Source: a virus
Taxonomy: Duplodnaviria > Caudoviricetes
Length of the DNA: 64,000 bases
IMG/VR virus record: IMGVR_UViG_3300042298_000319
Coordinates: 1,486 to 65,485 of that record
Strand: one strand, 5' to 3'
Position 1 is the stretch's first letter. Every line of letters begins with the position of its first letter. The notes under the pieces are model-generated. The model did not search any database and was not told the origin of the DNA. It worked only from the letters and a program-made list of their open reading frames with translations. A program made the position numbers and the translations under genes. Shown in pieces: positions 25,577 through 35,584 of this stretch.

Positions 25577-28323
25577 TCATCCGGAATAAATTTAATGGTT
25601 ACAACGGCGATGGTCGTCGTCTCTACCCACTAGGCGGCGGAGGCGGTACAACTCAGTCCTATACGCATAACATTCCTGAGTATGCTCAGCCATACGTTGA
25701 GCGGATGCTGGGCTCTACAGAAGGCCAGATATTCCAAAAAGACGAAAATGGAGACATCGCTGGTTTCAAACCGTATGTGTCTTTTAGGCAAGCGCAAGAA
25801 GAAGCTGGTGGCGCGGCTGCTGGGTTTTCTCCTGAGTCTGTAGCAGGGTTTAGCCCTATGCAGCGGCAGGCTATGCAAGGGCTTGCGAATTACCAGATGC
25901 CGGGGCAAACAGGTGCGGCTAGTGCTATGGCCTCCGATCTAGCTGGACGGGCGCTTCAAGCAGGGGAATACAGAGCGGGCACATTTAACAATCAATTTAC
26001 ATCCCCCGATGCGTATCAGGCAGGGGTGTTTACTCCTCAAGCGTTACAGCAGTATCAGATGGGTGGCCCCCAGCAAGTGAGTACTGGCTCGTTTACGCAA
26101 GCTGGTACCGCTCAAGATTACATGTCGCCGTATCAGCAAGCGGTAACTGATATTGAAAGACGCGAAGCCCAACGCGCGTCAGCTATACAAGGGAAAGAAA
26201 ACCGTTTACGTTCTATGATGCAAGGGTCGTTTGGCGGCTCTCGTGGGGCGCAAATTGAAGCTGAGCGTCAGCGTAACTTGGGGCAGCAGCTAGGCGACAT
26301 TCAGGCTCGTGGCGGGCAGGCCGCGTTCCAGCAAGCCCAGCAACAGTACAACACCGAACAACAAGCGCGACTACAAGCTGCGCTGGCTAATCAGCAAGCA
26401 GGGCTCACCACTGAGCAACAGAACCTAGCCGCTCGACTCGGCGTACAACAGCTTGGCGCAGAACAGGGTATGCAAGCGCAGCAAATGCGTGAACAGTCAC
26501 GTCAGTTTGGCTATGGGCAAGGTATGACCGCCGCGCAACTTCGTGCGCAGTATGGGCTATCTGCACAGCAAGCACGCGAACAATCTAGACAGTTTGGCGC
26601 TAACTTAGGTATGCAAGGGATTGAAAGCGCAAGGGCTTCTGCGGGGCTGCTTGGTAACTTAGGCCAGCAGCAATATGCTCAAGAAATGGGGTTAATGGGC
26701 CAACAGTTTGACATAGGCTCAAAAGAACAAGCTTATGAGCAAGCGCGGCTAAACCAGATTATCCAAGACTATGCTACAGAACAGCAGTACCCATTTATCC
26801 AGATGGGCACGCTGTCTAACATGCTGCGCGGCTTGCCCATGCAAGCATCTACCACCCAGATGTACCAAGCACAGCCTTCGTTTATACAACAGGGTATCGG
26901 TGCTTTGGGTGCGTGGAACCAATTTAACCAAGCGCAACAAGGCTCTGGGCGCAAGGAAGGTGGCGCGGTAAAAGAAATGGCTGGTGGCGGTATTGCGTCG
27001 GGGGTTGACCCGAACAAGCTGCCTAGCATGATGGAAAAACTGTCGGATGAACAGTTAAAAGGCAAACTTCAACCGCAAAATAGTGACCCTCAAACACTAG
27101 GTATCGCCCAAGCTGAGAAGCAGCGCCGTGACCAAGTGCGTGGCGGTATGGCTAACGGTGGCATCATTGCTTTTAAAGAAGGCAAAACGGTAGATGAAGT
27201 AGATAACCCTTTTGAAACCAAAGCTAAGAATGAGGTTAAAACTGCGGAAGCTAAACCCGCGCCCGCGCCCGCGCCCGCGCCTGCACCTAAGCCTGCACCT
27301 AGGCAAGCAGCTGCGCCCGCTCAACCAGAAATATTTGAACAGATAACACAAAAAGGACTCACGGCTCCAAGTACTGAGCATCTAAAGCCGTTAATGGAGC
27401 AGCAAGAAAGACTTGGCAAAGAAGTAAGAGGCGGCGTAGAAGGTCAATTAGAGCGGCGTCAAGCTATGTACAATAAATACGGCGTAGACCCGTTGGCCCT
27501 TATTGACAAACACCGTCAAGAACAGCAGACGCTTTTGGAGCAAGCTAGAGGTGATGCGAAGAAGGCTGAGCATTTACGCTATGCGCAGATGTGGGCTAAG
27601 TTTGGTTCTACACCGGGGCCGCTTCTACGTGCAGCCTGCGTAGCTATAGAAGAAGGAGTGCCTGATCTATTAGATGATCAAGAGAAAGCTCGTACAGTTC
27701 AAAACAACATCAAAAAAGTTATCTTTGATCTAGATAAGGCGGAGTATCTAGAAAAGAAAAACAAATTAGATGAAGCAGAAAAGAAACATGACTCTGCTAT
27801 TAGTAAGTTAGCTGAAGTAGAGATTGCGCTTACTAACAACCTAGTAAAGCAAGAGACTGCTAGGTTTGAAGTAGCTGGAAAACTTACGCAAGAGAAGATG
27901 GGCAACATCTCGGCGCAGAAGGTCGCTGTTATTAGGGAAAGCGCGGAGGGAAAAAGACAAGATACGTCTCAAAGAAGAATGGAGTTACAGGAAGAAAAAG
28001 AACAACGTAGAAGGCAGGAAAATGAGCAAAGAGAAATTGGGCATCATACCGACAGAGTAAGTAGAGGGCTGTCCGAGTTTGATAAGCAGAATAAAGACGA
28101 AGTGACTCAAGCTCAAAGCGTGCTTAGAATAAAAGGCGCTAAGCCAGAAGTTAAAGAAATGGCTAAGAAAACTTTAGATGACGTAAATGAAAAACGTCGG
28201 GCGCTTGAAGCACAACTGTTAGATATGTATCCGAGAGCTAGAGCTGGTGGCGCACCCACTACTAAAGCGCCAGCAGTAGATTTGTCTAAGTGGGGCGAGC
28301 CACAAGTTGTTACTAATAAATAA
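25573..28323 (+). CDS. DNA ejection/pilot protein
   Basis: LYPLGGGGG N-terminus; YMSPYQQ.V and G.FGGSR motifs; Gln/Ala-rich coiled coils. Confidence 0.65.
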   Translation: MIIRNKFNGYNGDGRRLYPLGGGGGTTQSYTHNIPEYAQPYVERMLGSTEGQIFQKDENGDIAGFKPYVSFRQAQEEAGGAAAGFSPESVAGFSPMQRQAMQGLANYQMPGQTGAASAMASDLAGRALQAGEYRAGTFNNQFTSPDAYQAGVFTPQALQQYQMGGPQQVSTGSFTQAGTAQDYMSPYQQAVTDIERREAQRASAIQGKENRLRSMMQGSFGGSRGAQIEAERQRNLGQQLGDIQARGGQAAFQQAQQQYNTEQQARLQAALANQQAGLTTEQQNLAARLGVQQLGAEQGMQAQQMREQSRQFGYGQGMTAAQLRAQYGLSAQQAREQSRQFGANLGMQGIESARASAGLLGNLGQQQYAQEMGLMGQQFDIGSKEQAYEQARLNQIIQDYATEQQYPFIQMGTLSNMLRGLPMQASTTQMYQAQPSFIQQGIGALGAWNQFNQAQQGSGRKEGGAVKEMAGGGIASGVDPNKLPSMMEKLSDEQLKGKLQPQNSDPQTLGIAQAEKQRRDQVRGGMANGGIIAFKEGKTVDEVDNPFETKAKNEVKTAEAKPAPAPAPAPAPKPAPRQAAAPAQPEIFEQITQKGLTAPSTEHLKPLMEQQERLGKEVRGGVEGQLERRQAMYNKYGVDPLALIDKHRQEQQTLLEQARGDAKKAEHLRYAQMWAKFGSTPGPLLRAACVAIEEGVPDLLDDQEKARTVQNNIKKVIFDLDKAEYLEKKNKLDEAEKKHDSAISKLAEVEIALTNNLVKQETARFEVAGKLTQEKMGNISAQKVAVIRESAEGKRQDTSQRRMELQEEKEQRRRQENEQREIGHHTDRVSRGLSEFDKQNKDEVTQAQSVLRIKGAKPEVKEMAKKTLDDVNEKRRALEAQLLDMYPRARAGGAPTTKAPAVDLSKWGEPQVVTNK

Positions 28324-28331
28324 GGTGCAGC

Positions 28332-31300
28332 ATGGTAACTTATGAAATCCGTGGGCCAGATGGCAAGAACTATCGAATTGATGGCCCTGAAGGAGCTAGT
28401 AAGGAACAAATAGTATCGGCTATTCAAGCCAAGCTTGAATCTAAAAAGACCGCTAGGGAAGAAGAGGAAGCGGCTAAAAAAGTTGAAGCCCCTAAAGCTG
28501 AACCTGAAACAGGGTTTACCGCTGCCGTTCGTTCGGGCTTTGTACGTCTGCTAAGTGACTTCGAAGCAATGAAGGCGGCTGGTAACGTAGAAGGCGCTGA
28601 GAAAAAAGCCAAAGAGCTTAGAGAAGAGGCGGCAAGAATATACAAGCAGCCAGAACTGCTTGATGCTCCGTGGGAATATATTAAAGGGCTGGCTGGTCAG
28701 TCACTCCCCTATATGGTTGCGCCGGTCGCCGCCGCTGCCGCTGCTACTGTTGCAGCCCCCACCGCTATCGCTGGCCTTGCTGCTACTGGCGCAGCGTTCA
28801 CCGCCTCCGCGTTACAGTTCTCCGGGTCTAACCTTTCCCGTCAGCTAGAAGAAAATGTAGCGGCGAAAGACCTAAAGGTACTAAACGCCGTTGCCGCATC
28901 TGTGCCACAGGCCGCGCTTGATACCCTCAGCTTACGCATGGTTCCGGGGCTTAGAAATGTGTTCGCTAAAGCTGGTATTAACCTAAGCGAAAAAGAAGCT
29001 GCGCAGGTCGCTAAAGAAAGTATCGTAGGACGCGTAGCTAAATCTTCCGGGGCAGAAGGTCTTACAGAAGCTGCGCAACAAGTGTTTGAACGCGCTCAGG
29101 CAGGGCTAAGTCTGACTGACCAGAAGGCACGCAAAGAGTACTTTGACAACTTCATAGGCGGTGCAATCCTTGGCGGCGGTATAGCTGTACCCGGTGCTGC
29201 CTACGAGAAGATGAAGGCGCAGGACAAAGTCCTAGCCAAAGAAGCAGAAGATGCGCGTAAAGCGGCGGAGCAAGAAGCCGCTAAGATTAGTCAGACTGCC
29301 GTGCCTGATGAGACAGGCAACGTGCCACCCCCGGCACCGCTACCCTCCTTTGAAACAAGGCCACCAATTACAGCGGCCCCTGAAGCCGACATTGACCCAA
29401 CTATTGCGCTGGCCGAAGCCGCAGCAGCACCGATTGAGGCCACGCCAGCTAAACCCGCTGAAGCCGCCCCAGAAGCAGCGCCCGCTCCTAGCGGGTTGTC
29501 AGACCTAGAAATTGAAGACGCCTACGCTGCTACAGGAGTTAACACAGAGAAGGTGCGTAAGACTCTTGAGCCGCAACTTATCGAGGCGGGCTTTGATACT
29601 AAAGAGAAACAAAAGGAATTCTTACGTAGCAAACAAGCTGAACTAGGCATTCCGAAGTTTGATCCAAAAGCTTCGAAAGAGGAGCAAGAAAAACAGCGAG
29701 AGGCTAAGAAGTCTTGGATTGAAAGTCACACGGCTAAAAAACAAACGGAGGTTACTGATGTCGAGAAGCCTACTAGAGTTGACCCAACAACAGCTCAGCC
29801 TAGCACTGTTAGTCCTGCATCAGGAGTGGGAGCAACCCCCACAGGAGCTGAAACACTTGGAACCGTTGGATTGGGTGATGCTGGAGGACCTACTACACCA
29901 CCTCCTACAACAGAAGGAACGCAGCCCGCTGCATTAAAGCAAAGTGAAATAACTTTCAACGACGGCGCCACATATGTTGGGACAACCTTAAATGGTGTAC
30001 TTGAAGGGCAGGGAACGCTAACTTACCCTAATGGCGACACATATGTTGGTGAATACAAAAACGGTAAACGCGACGGTCAGGGCACGTACACTTTTGCTGA
30101 CGGCGATACATATGTTGGCGGATATAAGGACGACAAGTTTCACGGTCAGGGTACATACACTTACGCTGATGGCTCTGTAGAAACAGGTATTTTTGAAAAT
30201 GACGAATTAATTTCGGAGGAGAAACCCGGTGTCTCTGAAACCCCTCAAGCCGAGCAAGCAGAAGCGCAAAGACAAGAAGAAGCAGCCCCCGCCGAGCGCG
30301 TAGTACTTACGCCTGAACAACTTAAGACAGGCTACAAACTACTGCAAGAGCAGTACGGCGATGAGCTACCTTCGTGGGGTGACCTTACCGCTGATATGCG
30401 GAAGGCGTTTGTTGGTGAAATAGAAGGCGCTTTAAAGACCAAAGGCATGTTGCCTTCTAAAGGCGCTGCGCCAACAGTGTCTCCTAATATTGCTGCGCTC
30501 AAAAAAGTTAAAGCGGTTATTAATTCTTATAACGAAAACCGCCCTGAGCGTATGCGGCAATGGGCTGATCTTAACGAAGATGAGCGTGCGTTGTATCTGT
30601 CTGAGATTAGAAACAACACAGCGGAAGAACAAGACAGGGCATATAACCTGTTGTATGGGTATATGAAGTCCAGTCAGAAAATAACGCAAGAAGGAATGGA
30701 AGAAGGCATCGTGCCAGAAGGCGCGTCTGTCTATGAATTAAATAAAAAGGCATACACTTCTCAACTCCCACGTTGGGGCGAACTAGACGATACAGCGCGT
30801 TCACTATTTATAAACGCGATCCGCCCCGGCATGACGTTTGATGAGAACGGTAAAGAGGTATCGCGTCAGATAACTAGTGAACAAATGGACACGGGGTTTG
30901 CTGACATTTGGATTTATTTAGCAGAGAAAGAAGCCCGCGCCCCGAAAGAAGAAGAAGGCAAGGCACAGCGAGTCGCCAGAGAAGAAGCAGCGGCTGCTAA
31001 AGAAGAAGTCGAAGTCGGTGCAGAACTGCCTCCGTTAATTAAGGCGCTTCTGGGTAAGGGCGGTGTCAAAGAAGCCCTACAGTACATAATGAGTAAGGCT
31101 AAAGGCGTACGGATAAATAGAAAAGGCCGTAAGCTTGGCTCCGTGCGGGTTGCTGAAGCACGCTATGCGGCACTTACTCGCGGGATATTTAAGAACGTAG
31201 CAGCTGCGCTCTATAAGATTGACTTCTCTGGATCGTCTGTTGTCGTAGACCCGAACAACGCTGTAATTAAACAGTTGATACGTGAGGGCAAGTTAGCCGC

Positions 31301-34300
31301 GTACGACCCTAAAACAGATACGTTCTACTTCACCAAAGACGGTATGGATGAGATGACCGTCCTGCATGAGATTGTTCACGCAGGCACGATCAAGATTCTG
31401 TACGCATTTAAGACCAACCCTAATAGCCTGACTCGTGAGCAGCGAGAAGCCGCTGAGCAGATCAATAAAGTATACGAGTTTGCTAAGAAGAAATTAGAAG
31501 GCAAGTATGCCAATCAGCTAGAGAACGTGTATGAGTTTGTTAGCTACGCGCTAACCGACCCACGCTTCCAAGAAGAGCTATCGCGTATACAAGCGCCTTC
31601 TCTTGCCAGATATACAAAGGCGCCTCTAGGCGCACCGTCCGGCTTTAACATGCAGACGGTTTGGTCGCACTTGACCAAAGCTATGATGAAGTTGTACGAC
31701 CTAACAAAGGCTGCAACTAGGTTCTTTGAAATTAAGCCAGACTTGTATGACCAAGTGTCAAGGGCATTTGGCGGCGAGAGATACACCAAGCAGAAACTAG
31801 AAATAAACAAAGGCGTACAACGCGAAGTAGCTGTTTATCTTGAGACAGAAGATAAAAAGAGGGGGGAACTAAGCCCCGGTGTACGACTGACGTTTGAGTC
31901 TGTTAGAAATCTAAAAGACGATGTGCAAGAACGTCTTGAAGAAAACTACCCAGATGCGTTTGAAGACACGTCAGACCAAGGCGTCTTAGACTTTGTAAAC
32001 AAGTACCTAAAAGACAAAGCGTTTGCAGAAGAAGTCGATAAGACGACTGCTGACATTTACAAACAAGGTAAAGTTGGGCTGTCCAAACAAGCTGGTTTTC
32101 AAGGCAACGCGCTGCTTGAGGTTACCCAAGCGTTCCAAGACATTCTAGCTGCGCCAGAGGCGGGCATCGACATAGAGGCTCTACCAGCTAAACAGGCTAA
32201 GCCAACTATACAGGCCCCGGCTGGTGGTTCTACAGATATTAACGAGCTGCGTGACAGCATCCCTAGCCCGTCGTTCAACGCTAGACAAGTAGTTAAGACA
32301 TTTAGCTTGAGTAAATTTACGGAAGCTGCGGTGCGCATTTTCCAGAACGACCGTGCCGCTATTAAGAATTGGCAGCGCAGAATGTGGCTGACAGGTCGGT
32401 TAGTCGCCTACTCTACAGGGTTCAACAACATATACGATCAGCTGACGCTGTCTTCTGGTAACGCCCACTGGCTGTATACGCAATACGTTCAAGAGCATAA
32501 CGAGGCTGTGCGCGAAGCAATAGCCGATTACGCAAAAGCCCGCAAGCTAGATATGGACACGGCGTTGAAAGAGCTTGGCATGTTTGCGGTGGCCTTGCAT
32601 GAACCTGAGCGGCGTGAAGTCCTCTATTTGCGTACAGTCGATCTATCCGATAAACCAATACTTATCGACAAAGCTACAAAGACGCCTATCTCCCCACGAG
32701 AAGCGCGTGACGCAATCTTTAAGTATCTTGACTCAAACAAGTTAACTTTAGCTGACGCTAAGTATTTACGTAAGACGCTGGAAGATATTGTCAATGACAA
32801 GAGTAACTTGGACAGCACTGTAAGTCCTACTCTGCTAGACCGTAACGACCAGAAGTACGCTGTGGCGGGCTACACACCAGCCCAAGTTAAGGCAATGATC
32901 GCCAACTATAACCAACACAAAGCGGCGGCAGACAAAGTGTTGGACAAACTTAAAGCTGTAAACGAAGCCACTCTTGAGCTTAACAAGATGGCTAATTACA
33001 TGTCTGAGTACGCCAATAACTATTTGATGTTCTACGGGTTTAACAGCTACGTTCCGTTTAAGGGCAAGAACTTTAACGAAGACAAAGCCGACATGTTCAA
33101 CCATGACGGGCGCAAGTTGGGCGGTGACTTCCAAGAACAGCAACATACGTTTGAAGGTCGCTTGACGGTTCCTGATAACCCGTTGCTACAAGTTATGGCA
33201 GACGGTGCGAAAGCCGCTATGCGGGCTGGACGGCGCGATGTGACACAGGCCATCTACAATGCAGTGAAAGAAAAAACATTAGATGGCGAGATCATAGAGG
33301 AAGTAGATTTTAAAGACCGCGCCAATGACGACTTACTGCAAAGGCTTAAAGGGGACACAAAAGTATTCCATTACATGCCTGACGGTAAGGTAGCTATTAT
33401 TCAGATTAATGATACGCAACAACGCGAGGCTATCCGCCGCACTTACCGCGATACCAACCCTGCGTTGGACTACATGGTTAACACCATGAATAACCTAACT
33501 GGCAAAGTTGGGCAGATGCACACCCGCTTCAAGCCGTCGTTCGCCCCTGTTAACTTTGTGCGTGACGTGCTGACTAACGCTTGGACTATTGGTGCTGAAG
33601 GCAAGGGGTTACTTGGCCCACTGCAATCGTTCCGTTATCTAAGTTCCGTTGCACTAAACATAGTCAAGGGGGACTTAATTAGATCATGGCGTGCCGCTGC
33701 GCTGTACTCACAAGGCAAAACTGGGGTACTTGAGCGGCTGGCAAAGAGTAATCCCTACTATAAAGACGTGCTGGATTACTATGAGTCAGGCGGCAGAGTG
33801 TCTTACATACAAGGCATCGCGCCAAAAGGTCAGTTAGACCAGCTTCTTAAAGCCCCAAGTGGCAAGATTGACGTAAGCGGCGTTACTCGCTTGTTTGATA
33901 TTTGGGTCGATACGTTTGAAACTGCTTCGCGTGTGGCGGCGTTTAGGCTAACTAAGTCAAACGAGATGGCTAAGCTATCTAAACAACCCGGCTTGTCTAA
34001 GAAAGAAATAGAAGAAGCCGCGACCAAGACAGCTGCGGCGTTCGCCAAGAACCTAGCTAACTTTGAGCAAGTAGGTGAGTGGGGTAGAAGTCTTGGTGCT
34101 CTGTTCATGTTCTACCGCCCATCAGCTACTGGTGCAGTGCGTGCTATGGATGCTGTTGCCCCGGCGTTTCGCAATAAAGAGTCGGTAAAACAAAGCTTGC
34201 CTGAATACGCCCGCGCTGCGCAAATCCGCCATGAGCTTGGTAAAAACCCTACGGCTAAGAAAGAAGCAGAGCTAAAAGCAGAATTAGCTACGTTGGATAA

Positions 34301-35378
34301 AGCTTTAGCCACATTTGATAAGAACTACGGGCAGCTACAGACAAGTTCACGCTTAATGGTAGGCGCTTTAGCCGGTGCCGGAGTTACTTTGTATTTAATG
34401 GCGCAGGCAAGTTCAGACGATGACGAGCTAGGACGTAATAGAGTATCAACTGATGATATGGCTCGATGGACTAAGTTTGCCCGACTGCATTTACCGGGGT
34501 TTGATAACCCAATTCAGTTGCCGTGGGGCTTCGGCTTGGGCGCTTTTGCGGCGCTAGGTTCTCAACTCGCTGCCATGACTGATTCGGAAAACCCGACTAA
34601 GCCGACTGAAATCTTCGGCAACATGATAGACATCGCAACGGACTCCTTTCTCCCGCTGCCGTTCTCTCGCATTCCTTTAACGGAAGACCCCGGACGCAAG
34701 ATGTTGGACAGTATATTGCCTAGTATCTTCCGTCCAGCGTTTGAGTATTACATGAACATGGATGCGCTAGGGCACCAAATCTATAACAACCGGCAAAGCC
34801 GGTACGGTGATGCGTATACAGGGGGCGACAATATACCGGAGGCATTTAAAGACGCTGCAATATTGTTGGCAGAGTCAACCAACGGGAAGATAAACTGGAG
34901 TCCTAACGTAATGTATTTCTTCTTTAATAATTATGTGGACGGTGTATCGTCGCTAATTAATAGCCCATACAACATGGCGCTTTGGATGTCGGGCAGTAAA
35001 GACTTTAACTCACACACCGACACCATGATCTTCGACAGCTTCTTTGGATCAAGGTCTAACTTTGACGCGCGGCAATGGTCTAAAGTTGAAAAAGACCTAG
35101 AGCAACGGGCTGAAAAAATTAACATGTTTAAAAATGACCCAGCTAAATACTATGAGTACTTAGCTGAGAATCCGTTCGACGCTATGTTAGTTAAGATGTA
35201 CAACGGCGATGCTAACAAGAAGCTAAAAGACCTACGTGAAGAAGCTAACAAGTGGCGTACCATGAAAGGGTTAGACGTTAAAACAAGAACTGACCTTGTC
35301 AAAAACGTCGTGCTTCAGCAGAACCTTCTTAAGTACAGCCTAGTACAGAAATACAAAGCGTTTGGCGTAGAGCCTTAA
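28332..35378 (+). CDS. Giant polyvalent ejection protein (MORN repeats, HExxH metallopeptidase-like motif, LPD38-like C-terminus)
   Basis: 2348 aa; last gene of the virion module; hydrophobic N-terminal segments; HEIVH; LP.GFGLG. Confidence 0.7.
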   Translation: MVTYEIRGPDGKNYRIDGPEGASKEQIVSAIQAKLESKKTAREEEEAAKKVEAPKAEPETGFTAAVRSGFVRLLSDFEAMKAAGNVEGAEKKAKELREEAARIYKQPELLDAPWEYIKGLAGQSLPYMVAPVAAAAAATVAAPTAIAGLAATGAAFTASALQFSGSNLSRQLEENVAAKDLKVLNAVAASVPQAALDTLSLRMVPGLRNVFAKAGINLSEKEAAQVAKESIVGRVAKSSGAEGLTEAAQQVFERAQAGLSLTDQKARKEYFDNFIGGAILGGGIAVPGAAYEKMKAQDKVLAKEAEDARKAAEQEAAKISQTAVPDETGNVPPPAPLPSFETRPPITAAPEADIDPTIALAEAAAAPIEATPAKPAEAAPEAAPAPSGLSDLEIEDAYAATGVNTEKVRKTLEPQLIEAGFDTKEKQKEFLRSKQAELGIPKFDPKASKEEQEKQREAKKSWIESHTAKKQTEVTDVEKPTRVDPTTAQPSTVSPASGVGATPTGAETLGTVGLGDAGGPTTPPPTTEGTQPAALKQSEITFNDGATYVGTTLNGVLEGQGTLTYPNGDTYVGEYKNGKRDGQGTYTFADGDTYVGGYKDDKFHGQGTYTYADGSVETGIFENDELISEEKPGVSETPQAEQAEAQRQEEAAPAERVVLTPEQLKTGYKLLQEQYGDELPSWGDLTADMRKAFVGEIEGALKTKGMLPSKGAAPTVSPNIAALKKVKAVINSYNENRPERMRQWADLNEDERALYLSEIRNNTAEEQDRAYNLLYGYMKSSQKITQEGMEEGIVPEGASVYELNKKAYTSQLPRWGELDDTARSLFINAIRPGMTFDENGKEVSRQITSEQMDTGFADIWIYLAEKEARAPKEEEGKAQRVAREEAAAAKEEVEVGAELPPLIKALLGKGGVKEALQYIMSKAKGVRINRKGRKLGSVRVAEARYAALTRGIFKNVAAALYKIDFSGSSVVVDPNNAVIKQLIREGKLAAYDPKTDTFYFTKDGMDEMTVLHEIVHAGTIKILYAFKTNPNSLTREQREAAEQINKVYEFAKKKLEGKYANQLENVYEFVSYALTDPRFQEELSRIQAPSLARYTKAPLGAPSGFNMQTVWSHLTKAMMKLYDLTKAATRFFEIKPDLYDQVSRAFGGERYTKQKLEINKGVQREVAVYLETEDKKRGELSPGVRLTFESVRNLKDDVQERLEENYPDAFEDTSDQGVLDFVNKYLKDKAFAEEVDKTTADIYKQGKVGLSKQAGFQGNALLEVTQAFQDILAAPEAGIDIEALPAKQAKPTIQAPAGGSTDINELRDSIPSPSFNARQVVKTFSLSKFTEAAVRIFQNDRAAIKNWQRRMWLTGRLVAYSTGFNNIYDQLTLSSGNAHWLYTQYVQEHNEAVREAIADYAKARKLDMDTALKELGMFAVALHEPERREVLYLRTVDLSDKPILIDKATKTPISPREARDAIFKYLDSNKLTLADAKYLRKTLEDIVNDKSNLDSTVSPTLLDRNDQKYAVAGYTPAQVKAMIANYNQHKAAADKVLDKLKAVNEATLELNKMANYMSEYANNYLMFYGFNSYVPFKGKNFNEDKADMFNHDGRKLGGDFQEQQHTFEGRLTVPDNPLLQVMADGAKAAMRAGRRDVTQAIYNAVKEKTLDGEIIEEVDFKDRANDDLLQRLKGDTKVFHYMPDGKVAIIQINDTQQREAIRRTYRDTNPALDYMVNTMNNLTGKVGQMHTRFKPSFAPVNFVRDVLTNAWTIGAEGKGLLGPLQSFRYLSSVALNIVKGDLIRSWRAAALYSQGKTGVLERLAKSNPYYKDVLDYYESGGRVSYIQGIAPKGQLDQLLKAPSGKIDVSGVTRLFDIWVDTFETASRVAAFRLTKSNEMAKLSKQPGLSKKEIEEAATKTAAAFAKNLANFEQVGEWGRSLGALFMFYRPSATGAVRAMDAVAPAFRNKESVKQSLPEYARAAQIRHELGKNPTAKKEAELKAELATLDKALATFDKNYGQLQTSSRLMVGALAGAGVTLYLMAQASSDDDELGRNRVSTDDMARWTKFARLHLPGFDNPIQLPWGFGLGAFAALGSQLAAMTDSENPTKPTEIFGNMIDIATDSFLPLPFSRIPLTEDPGRKMLDSILPSIFRPAFEYYMNMDALGHQIYNNRQSRYGDAYTGGDNIPEAFKDAAILLAESTNGKINWSPNVMYFFFNNYVDGVSSLINSPYNMALWMSGSKDFNSHTDTMIFDSFFGSRSNFDARQWSKVEKDLEQRAEKINMFKNDPAKYYEYLAENPFDAMLVKMYNGDANKKLKDLREEANKWRTMKGLDVKTRTDLVKNVVLQQNLLKYSLVQKYKAFGVEP

Positions 35379-35584
35379 GCAACACGCCAAACACGTACGC
35401 CCAGATGACCTTCTTTATGGCAGGTGTAAATCTTTACCCGTACCTCTGCCTTCTTAGCTGCTACGTCAGCTAAATAGATCATCTGGGCTGGACGCAAAGT
35501 AGGTACGAAAAAGCTATCCCCTACATTCATGTAAGCGTACGGAAAAACCCATTCGGGTTCCTCAGTCAGCCTCTCCATGTCCAT
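35375..35584 (-). CDS. Small conserved phage protein
   Basis: FPY..MNVGDSFFVP...GVRVWRV. Confidence 0.7.
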   Translation of the reverse strand: MDMERLTEEPEWVFPYAYMNVGDSFFVPTLRPAQMIYLADVAAKKAEVRVKIYTCHKEGHLGVRVWRVA

